Positions 57,437 through 64,000 of a stretch of DNA of 64,000 nt are shown piece by piece. Under the pieces are notes generated by a model. It did not search any database, was not told the origin of the DNA, and worked only from the letters and a program-made list of their open reading frames with translations. Numbering within the stretch: the stretch's first letter is position 1; each line of letters starts with the position of its first letter. A program made the position numbers and the translations under genes. Source of the DNA: Nitrospirota bacterium (GTDB taxonomy: Bacteria > JACPQY01); the NCBI GenBank assembly GCA_016180645.1, contig JACPAV010000021.1:1-64000 (forward strand). Direction: 5' to 3'.

Positions 57437-58576
57437 GTGGATCTTGACCTGACCGAGGAACAAAGGATTTTCCGCGACCGCTTCCGGGAGTTCGCCCGTG
57501 GCGAGATCGAGGCCATCGCGAAGGAGTGCGATGAGAAGGGCGAGTTTCCGAAGGGACTCTTCCGAAAAATGGGGGCACTCGGCTATCTCGGCATTCCGTT
57601 CCCCCCTGACGTTGGGGGTGCGGGACTGGACCTCGTTACGTTCGCCCTTTCCGCCGAGGAACTGGGTCGCGCATCGGCCGGAATCGCCGTGGGGATCTAC
57701 GTCCACGTGGCCCTGGCGCTGAGCGCGGTCCACACCTTCGGCACGAAGGAGCAGAAAGAGAAATACCTCACGCCCGGTATTTGCGGCGAAAAAGTCGGGG
57801 CCTGGGGGTTTGCGGAGCCTGCCGGCGGGTCCGACCCCTCGTCTTTCAGCACGGTGGCTGAACGGGGTCCGAACGGTTGGCGATTGAACGGATCAAAAGT
57901 GTTTATCTCGAATGGAACCTTCGCCGATTTCGTGGTCGTCACCGCGAAAACAGCCCCGGAAAAGGCGCTTCAGGGAATGAGCCTTCTGATTCTCGAAAAG
58001 GGAACGCCGGGATTTACCGCCCGGCGCATTCCGGTCATGGGCGTACGGGCGACCGAATCGGCTGAGTTGAACTTTCAGGACTGCGTCTTGGGGGCCGATG
58101 CCCTCCTGGGAAAAGAGAACGAAGGCTTCCTGCAAGCGATGAAAACGCTGACGCTGGGCCGGATCATGGCCGCCGCGTTTGCCTGCGGCCTGGCAAGGGC
58201 CGCGCTGGAAGCAAGCCTGAAATTTGCCGGTGAACGGAAGGCGTTCGGACAAACGATCGGAGCGTTTCAAGGCAATCAGTGGACGCTGGCCGATATGGCG
58301 ACGCGTCTCGATGCCTCATGGCTGCTCACGCTTCGGGCCGCGCGGCTGGCCGACGCGGGGCGACCTCACATCAGGGAAGCGTCGATGGCCAAGCTCTACG
58401 CCTCGGAAACGGCCACGTGGATCTGCGAGCGGGCCGTCCAGATCCACGGGGCCTACGGAATGGCGATGGACTTTCCCGTCCAGCGCTACTACCGGGACTG
58501 CAAGCTTCTTGAGATCGGCGAGGGGACCAGTGAGATCCAGCGCAACACGATCGCGCGGCAGTTGGGATTCAAGTAG
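57437..58576 (+). CDS. acyl-CoA dehydrogenase
   Basis: FAEPAGGSD, GSKVFISNG, RKAFGQTIGAFQ, QIHGAYG, IGEGTSEIQR. Confidence 0.93.
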   Translation: MDLDLTEEQRIFRDRFREFARGEIEAIAKECDEKGEFPKGLFRKMGALGYLGIPFPPDVGGAGLDLVTFALSAEELGRASAGIAVGIYVHVALALSAVHTFGTKEQKEKYLTPGICGEKVGAWGFAEPAGGSDPSSFSTVAERGPNGWRLNGSKVFISNGTFADFVVVTAKTAPEKALQGMSLLILEKGTPGFTARRIPVMGVRATESAELNFQDCVLGADALLGKENEGFLQAMKTLTLGRIMAAAFACGLARAALEASLKFAGERKAFGQTIGAFQGNQWTLADMATRLDASWLLTLRAARLADAGRPHIREASMAKLYASETATWICERAVQIHGAYGMAMDFPVQRYYRDCKLLEIGEGTSEIQRNTIARQLGFK

Positions 58577-58590
58577 GGAGGAGAGGCACC

Positions 58591-59367
58591 ATGGCTTATG
58601 AAAAGATCACGCTCTCCATCGAACCGCCCAAGGCGACGATCGCGATGAACGACCCCGCCGTCATGAACGCGCACAGCACGCCGATGCTGATGGAGATTCA
58701 GGACGCGGTGCGGAAGATCGAGGCGGACGAGCGCGTCATCGTGGGCGTCATCGAGGGCGCGGGCGGCCATTTCTGCGCCGGGATCAACCTCAATGAAACG
58801 CACGACATGACCGCTCTCGAGGGGCGAAAGCTCGCGCGCCTTTTGCACGAGACGTTTTCGCTCGTCCGCACGACGGACAAGCTCTACATCGCCAAGATCC
58901 GAGGGAACTGTCTGGGAGCGGGACTTGAACTGGCCGTATCGTGCGATCTGTTGATCGGCACGGAGACGTCGAAATACGGCTTCCCGCACATGAAGATCGG
59001 GATTCCGTCCATCGTCGAGGCGGGCATCGTGCCGCAGATGATCGGAATCACCCGCGCGCGGGAACTCTACTATCTGGCGAAATCGTGGGACGGAAAGCGG
59101 GCGCACGAGGAGGGCCTCATCAACCGCGTCGTACCGGATCGGGATCTGGACGCCGCCGCGGACGAGTGGGTGGAAACCCTGAGCGGCTACAGTCCGGTGG
59201 CGATGGCCGTTCAGAAGGACATCTGTCACAAGTGGATGACGGCCGACCTCGAGACGGCCATCGATTTTTCCATCAACTCCGTCTGCATCAGTTTCACATC
59301 CGAGGACCAGAAAGAGGGAATGAGGGCGTTTCTTGAAAAAAGGAAGCCGGTTTTCAAAGGACGATGA
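58591..59367 (+). CDS. enoyl-CoA hydratase/isomerase
   Basis: FCAGINL, CLGAGLELAVSCD, EDQKEGMRAFLEKRKPVFKG. Confidence 0.9.
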   Translation: MAYEKITLSIEPPKATIAMNDPAVMNAHSTPMLMEIQDAVRKIEADERVIVGVIEGAGGHFCAGINLNETHDMTALEGRKLARLLHETFSLVRTTDKLYIAKIRGNCLGAGLELAVSCDLLIGTETSKYGFPHMKIGIPSIVEAGIVPQMIGITRARELYYLAKSWDGKRAHEEGLINRVVPDRDLDAAADEWVETLSGYSPVAMAVQKDICHKWMTADLETAIDFSINSVCISFTSEDQKEGMRAFLEKRKPVFKGR

Positions 59368-59377
59368 GGAGGAGATC

Positions 59378-60226
59378 ATGAGTCAAACCGTCGGCGCGAT
59401 CGACGCATGGGGATCGTGGATCGGTCCCGAAGGCGCAAAAAAGTGGCCGCAAGAATACGTCCACATTTTCAAGAAGTACCGCTCCCCGGAAGTCATTCTC
59501 AAAGGCATGACGACGGAGCAGATGATCGAGGACATGGACCGCGCGGGCGTGGATCGCTGTGTCCTGTCCGCTTTCTACCACAAGGACCTTGCGGTCGTGT
59601 CCAACGAAGAAGTCGCGGCCGCCGTGAAGAAACATCCCAAGCGGTTTGTGGGGTCAGGTACGGTCAATGTCTTGCGCAGGCCAATGGATGTTGCCCGCGA
59701 GGTCGAACGGCTTGTCCGGGAACTCGGCATGAAGGCGATCCGCCTTGAGCCGTACATGTACGGCGACGGCACGACGGGCCTCGCGCCGAACGACAAGCAC
59801 TACTGGCCCGTTTACGTGAAGTGCGTGGAACTCGACGTTCCGGTCTGCATTCAGGTCGGCCATACGGGTCCGCTTCTCCCTTCCGAGGCGGGCCGGCCGA
59901 TCTACCTGGATGAAGTGGCGCTGGCCTTTCCCGAACTCGTGATCCTGGGCTGCCACCTCGGCCAGCCGTGGCACGAGGAGATGATGATCCTGGCGTGGAA
60001 ACACCCGAACGTGTATGTGGAGACTTCAGCCCGTACCCCGAAACATTGGCCCAAGGAGTTCATCCAGTTCGCGGGCGGTTGGGGACAGGACAAGGTCATC
60101 TGGGCGACGGACTACCCACTGCTTCCCTTCGACCGCACCCTGCGCGAGGTGGATGAACTCGGCCTGACACCCGACGTGAAGCGGAAAATCGTACGCGAGA
60201 ACGCCCTCCGGGCCTTCAGGCTGTGA
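59378..60226 (+). CDS. amidohydrolase-2 family protein
   Basis: MDRAGVD, QVGHTGP, FPELVILGCHLGQPW, PNVYVETSA, ATDYP. Confidence 0.88.
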   Translation: MSQTVGAIDAWGSWIGPEGAKKWPQEYVHIFKKYRSPEVILKGMTTEQMIEDMDRAGVDRCVLSAFYHKDLAVVSNEEVAAAVKKHPKRFVGSGTVNVLRRPMDVAREVERLVRELGMKAIRLEPYMYGDGTTGLAPNDKHYWPVYVKCVELDVPVCIQVGHTGPLLPSEAGRPIYLDEVALAFPELVILGCHLGQPWHEEMMILAWKHPNVYVETSARTPKHWPKEFIQFAGGWGQDKVIWATDYPLLPFDRTLREVDELGLTPDVKRKIVRENALRAFRL

Positions 60227-60242
60227 GATTCGGGGGAGGGTC

Positions 60243-61295
60243 CTATTTTGACGCGCTCAAGAACGCGCCCAGGAACCCGCCGAGAAAGCCTGCGATCGTC
60301 TTTACCACCGTCACATCCTCTTCGCTGAAGTCCTGGATGGCCTTCGTTTGCACAACGACCACGCCGAGGGACGTGTTTTCATACAAGATGGGTACTCCGA
60401 GGTAGGAGCCGTACCGCTCCTCGCCGGTCTCGGGGAAATACTTGAATCGAGGGTGTTTGGCGGCATCACGCGCGCAAACGGTTGTCATCGTCTCGATCAC
60501 CAGTCCTGTCAGCCCCTCGCTCGTGGTCATTATGACTCTCCCGACGGAATCCGGATTGAGACCGGCCGTCGCACGCAACGTGAGCGCCCGATCCTCCAAC
60601 AGGTAAAGCGAACACACATCGATGGCGAGCCATTGCTGAATCGCCGCCGCGGTGTCCTGTAATTTTCGATCTCGATCCGAAGCTCTCGAGAAGAGGGCCG
60701 CCAGGTTTTCGAACAGCTTGAGTGGCTGACGGCGGCTTTCGGCTGAGTGCGGAGGCCCCTCCTGGAGGACCACTCGATTTCGGCCCAATCGCTTGGCCCG
60801 GTAGAGGGCGTAGTCCGCCCACGCCAGGAGATCGGTTTCAGCTTGGAGGGCCGGGTTCATCGCCGTCGCCCCGATGCTTGCCGTCAATTTCCCTTGGGGG
60901 AAGAGTTCTTCAAACAGTTCCTGCCCGGGATACTGGGCCGAACTCACGGACTTCAAGAGCTGGCGCGCGAACTCCGCACCGACGGACAAGTCGTGGGCGG
61001 GAAGGAGAATGACGAACTCATCGCCCCCCTGCCGACCCAGCGTGTCGATCGGCTTGAGGTTTCCTCCAAGAACTTCCGCGAACCGCCTCAAAAGGCGGTC
61101 GCCCCAATTCCGGCCGAGCGTGTCGTTGTAGATCTTGAAATAGTCGATGTCGACCAAAAGGACGGTCAAGGGGCTGTTGTCCCGCCGCGCTCGCCGCACC
61201 TCTTCCCGGAGCTTGGCCTCAACGTGACGCCGGTCGAAAACGCCCGTCGCCGAATCCGCGTAGTCAAAGGGTGAGGCGCCCGGATCGTCGGTCAT
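60243..61295 (-). CDS. diguanylate cyclase with C-terminal PtsP-like GAF domain
   Basis: DIDYFKIYNDTLG, RQGGDEF, ADYALYRAK; then DVCSLYL...LRATAGLNPDSVG...EGLTGLV...HPRFKYFPETGEERYGSYLGVPI. Confidence 0.88.
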   Translation of the reverse strand: MTDDPGASPFDYADSATGVFDRRHVEAKLREEVRRARRDNSPLTVLLVDIDYFKIYNDTLGRNWGDRLLRRFAEVLGGNLKPIDTLGRQGGDEFVILLPAHDLSVGAEFARQLLKSVSSAQYPGQELFEELFPQGKLTASIGATAMNPALQAETDLLAWADYALYRAKRLGRNRVVLQEGPPHSAESRRQPLKLFENLAALFSRASDRDRKLQDTAAAIQQWLAIDVCSLYLLEDRALTLRATAGLNPDSVGRVIMTTSEGLTGLVIETMTTVCARDAAKHPRFKYFPETGEERYGSYLGVPILYENTSLGVVVVQTKAIQDFSEEDVTVVKTIAGFLGGFLGAFLSASK

Positions 61296-61354
61296 GACGA
61301 GGCGATATTCTGGGTGCGGTCGACCGGGATTGCAAGGCCGGCGATGCGGCCGTT

Positions 61355-62773
61355 CTATCCTTCGGAATCGCGAGCCGAGCCCACGAGAAGAAAATCGCCG
61401 GTTTCGACCTTTCCTGCCTCTTTGCCGTTGACCTTGAGTCCCGCGGTTCCATCGCACTTTGCTCCACCGTCGAACGCCACTTCCACCGTTTGCGTGGGCG
61501 TAGTCAAGATCATCGTTCCGGACACCGGCTCCCGCTTGCATGACTCCGGATTCGCCGCCACCGATTCGGCTTTGAAAGAAAACTTTCCGTTCAAGGACGA
61601 GTCCCCGTCGCCCGTCTCATTGTGGGAGCGGCGTGCCTGAAGAAGCCGTGGGAATCGGTGGGCCGTAGCCGTGGACTTCCTGGAGGAATCGACACCGTAG
61701 GCTTCCTCCACGATCTTCTGAAGTTCATGGGATGGGCCCTCCACGCAGGTTTCCATTCCGTAATCGCCGAGTCGGCCGGTAGTATTCAGCGTCATGGCGG
61801 GGCCCTCTCGACCGATCGACCCGGCTATTTGGTTCAAGACCGATCCCGTAGAGGGTGATCCATCGGTCGCCTTGCCCTCGCACTCCTGCGAATAGTGCGC
61901 ATTGAACGTGAACTGCTCCTGCTTGGAGGCGACCTTCTGGCCCATCGATATCTTGAGCATGACATTTCCGCCCCCACTCTTCCCGTCCATTTCGTAGGCC
62001 AGTCCAAGCCCCACGCTGAGCCTTCCCTCGACCTCACCCGAGAAATCCAGGCTTTTCTCGATCCGCCCTCGAACCTGCCACTTGAATTCACCGTCTGCCG
62101 TGATGGTGTTCGTGAGCTTGATCGACTTGGGTGAGGGGTTTGTCGATGCCGTGGACGGTCCCCCAAAGGGAAGGGTGCGGTCGAATGCAATGCGGAAGCT
62201 CCGGTAGGTCACTTTCACATCCACGTTGCCCCCGGCCTCATCGAAGGTGCCCTCCGCGATGGATTCCCCTTGCACTTTGAAGCCATTCCCGCTTCTATCT
62301 CTCCCCTCGCAGTCCCCCTTCACCAGGTTTTTGAACGTGTTTCCGGAGGCACTACACTCCACGATCGGGCAAGTGAGACCGTATTTCGCGAGGTCGGCTT
62401 GCAGGTCCGCGCAGTCTTCGGCAGGCGTGCTCTCCGCTTCCGCATCGAGGTCTTTGGCGGCAGGAGATTCATCATCCGTCAACTGGTCGGTGAACTGCAT
62501 TCCAAGGAGGGCCATTTCCATCATCTCGTTCTGTCCGAACGATGCGTCTCCGGGGTCCAGAAGGGTTTGGAATCCCCCTTGGTCACCGAGAGCGGCCAGG
62601 GCGGCCTTGGCTTTCTCTGAAGTGGAGAGATCGGCATCCGGCATGGCGTCCAGCTTCGATGCCACGGACTGCTCCCCGTCAAGATTGCCGGTGTCAGCGG
62701 GACAGCTCGCGATAAAGGGAGTGGCGGCAAGGAGGGCTCCCCAGAAAATCCCATGTCGCATGCCGCGAATCAT
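61355..62773 (-). CDS. lipoprotein of unknown function
   Basis: Signal ending IASC; beta-rich; C-terminal CKREPVSG...CDG...VNG. Confidence 0.72.
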   Translation of the reverse strand: MIRGMRHGIFWGALLAATPFIASCPADTGNLDGEQSVASKLDAMPDADLSTSEKAKAALAALGDQGGFQTLLDPGDASFGQNEMMEMALLGMQFTDQLTDDESPAAKDLDAEAESTPAEDCADLQADLAKYGLTCPIVECSASGNTFKNLVKGDCEGRDRSGNGFKVQGESIAEGTFDEAGGNVDVKVTYRSFRIAFDRTLPFGGPSTASTNPSPKSIKLTNTITADGEFKWQVRGRIEKSLDFSGEVEGRLSVGLGLAYEMDGKSGGGNVMLKISMGQKVASKQEQFTFNAHYSQECEGKATDGSPSTGSVLNQIAGSIGREGPAMTLNTTGRLGDYGMETCVEGPSHELQKIVEEAYGVDSSRKSTATAHRFPRLLQARRSHNETGDGDSSLNGKFSFKAESVAANPESCKREPVSGTMILTTPTQTVEVAFDGGAKCDGTAGLKVNGKEAGKVETGDFLLVGSARDSEG

Positions 62774-62788
62774 ATCTGCCCCACGGAC

Positions 62789-64000
62789 CTATGGCAACAC
62801 CTTTCCGGGATTGAGAATCCCTCTGGGGTCGAATACGCGTTTGACCTGTCGCATGAGATCCAACGAGGACCCATGCTGCGCTCGCATGAACTTTCGTCCG
62901 CCTATCCCGATCCCGTGCTCGGCGCTGATGATTCCGCCTTTGGAGAGGGCGATTCGAATGATTTCGGCGTTGGCCTGACGCGCCTTCTTGAGTGCCGCGG
63001 CGTTTCCCTCATCAGCCGGGATGAGAACGTGCAGGATTCCGAATCCTGCGTGTCCGAAAGCGAAGAGCCGAAGCGATGTCCGGCGTTCGATCTCGCGGCA
63101 ACGCGCGATCATTTCCGGGAGGACTGAAACCGGAAACCCGACGTCGTTTCGTACAATAAAAGCTCCGGGATGGGCCGCCCGGATGGCGCGGGTGACGAAA
63201 TGACGGAACTCCCACGGATCGACCCCCCCGAGATTGACGGCCTCACCGCCGGCCTCGCGGCAGAGTTCCGTCGCCGGTCCTTCGGCCTGCGCGACGCCCG
63301 ACTGACTTCCCTGAAGTTCGAGGCAGAGCGTGGGACTTTCCTTTGCGTGCCATTCCTTAAAGCGATTGACGCAGGCAACCGATGCAGTATCCAGGAATTC
63401 CACGGCCGCCAGTTCGGGGAGGGACTGCTTGAGAGCTACGATCGCGCGGGCCGCTCCGGAGTCGTCGGCGAAACTGAAGGCGAGTTTCTTGAAGGATTCC
63501 GGTCGCGGCGCGAGCCGCAGGGTAACCTCTGCCACCACGCCCAGCGTGCCTTCGGCGCCCACGATAAGCTGCGCGAGATCCAACCCCGATGAACTTTTTG
63601 GAGAGGAAGTGCCGAGCTTGTGAACCTGCCCGCAGCCATCCACGATGGTCAGGGCCTTCACGTAGTCCCGCGTCCCTCCGAATTTCACCGAATAAATTCC
63701 GCTCGCATTGGTGGAGACCATGCCTCCAATGGTAGCCACGTCGGAACTTCCGCCCGGAGAGGGGGGGAAGAAAAGTCCGGACTCCTTGATCTGACGGTTC
63801 AGCTCATTGTAGACGATGCCCGGCTCCACGCGCACCAAGAAGTCTTCCGGCCGGAATTCCAGAACCTTCGTCATGCGGCTGACGTCCAGAACGACGCCTC
63901 CCTCGACGGGAATTGAATTGCCCTCCAAGCTGGAGCCCGCGCCGCGGGGCGTAATCGGAACGCCGAGAAAATGCGCCTTCCGGATGACTTTCTGAATGTC
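62789..64000 (-). CDS. FAD-linked oxidase (GlcD/D-2-hydroxyacid dehydrogenase family), 5' end outside the window
   Basis: PRGAGSSLEG, TIGGMVSTNASG, GAEGTLGVV, GHAG, ISAEHGIG, DPRGILNPGK; frame open to base 64000. Confidence 0.9.
   Translation of the reverse strand, partial: DIQKVIRKAHFLGVPITPRGAGSSLEGNSIPVEGGVVLDVSRMTKVLEFRPEDFLVRVEPGIVYNELNRQIKESGLFFPPSPGGSSDVATIGGMVSTNASGIYSVKFGGTRDYVKALTIVDGCGQVHKLGTSSPKSSSGLDLAQLIVGAEGTLGVVAEVTLRLAPRPESFKKLAFSFADDSGAARAIVALKQSLPELAAVEFLDTASVACVNRFKEWHAKESPTLCLELQGSQSGVAQAEGPATELCREAGGEAVNLGGVDPWEFRHFVTRAIRAAHPGAFIVRNDVGFPVSVLPEMIARCREIERRTSLRLFAFGHAGFGILHVLIPADEGNAAALKKARQANAEIIRIALSKGGIISAEHGIGIGGRKFMRAQHGSSLDLMRQVKRVFDPRGILNPGKVLP

Overview
GC-rich bacterial chromosome segment from a diderm organism (lipoproteins, outer-membrane barrels); it looks deltaproteobacteria/Nitrospirota-like, but taxonomy cannot be fixed from this window. 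1-22.7 kb is a cell-surface/accessory region. It holds two paralogous cassettes of a degenerate HD-GYP protein plus an orphan Wzc-like tyrosine-kinase co-polymerase, and two giant secreted repeat proteins (double RCC1 propeller; PPC/FN3/propeller). It also holds an unannotated 54-aa RiPP-precursor-like ORF, an apparently circularly permuted DUF3179 lipoprotein, and a decayed 3-kb integrative element that duplicates the 5' half of tRNA-Arg(UCG). 22.9-29.5 kb is lrp-gltB-gltD. 29.6-47.6 kb has a cytochrome c lipoprotein plus cytochrome-porin fusion, FadL with a ceramidase-like lipoprotein, bioB, GH31, OmpA, GH36 and a PIN toxin-antitoxin pair. 47.6-60.2 kb is a TetR-associated acyl-CoA catabolic operon (Ltp3/Ltp4-like pair, tandem DUF35, BKACE, 3 crotonases, 2 ACADs). 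The window ends with a GGDEF-GAF protein, a lipoprotein and a truncated FAD-linked oxidase. Several REP/MITE families occur, including a REP-carrying MITE with 3-bp target duplications and a palindromic element read in frame inside a gene. All calls come from motif reading by eye; no searches were run.
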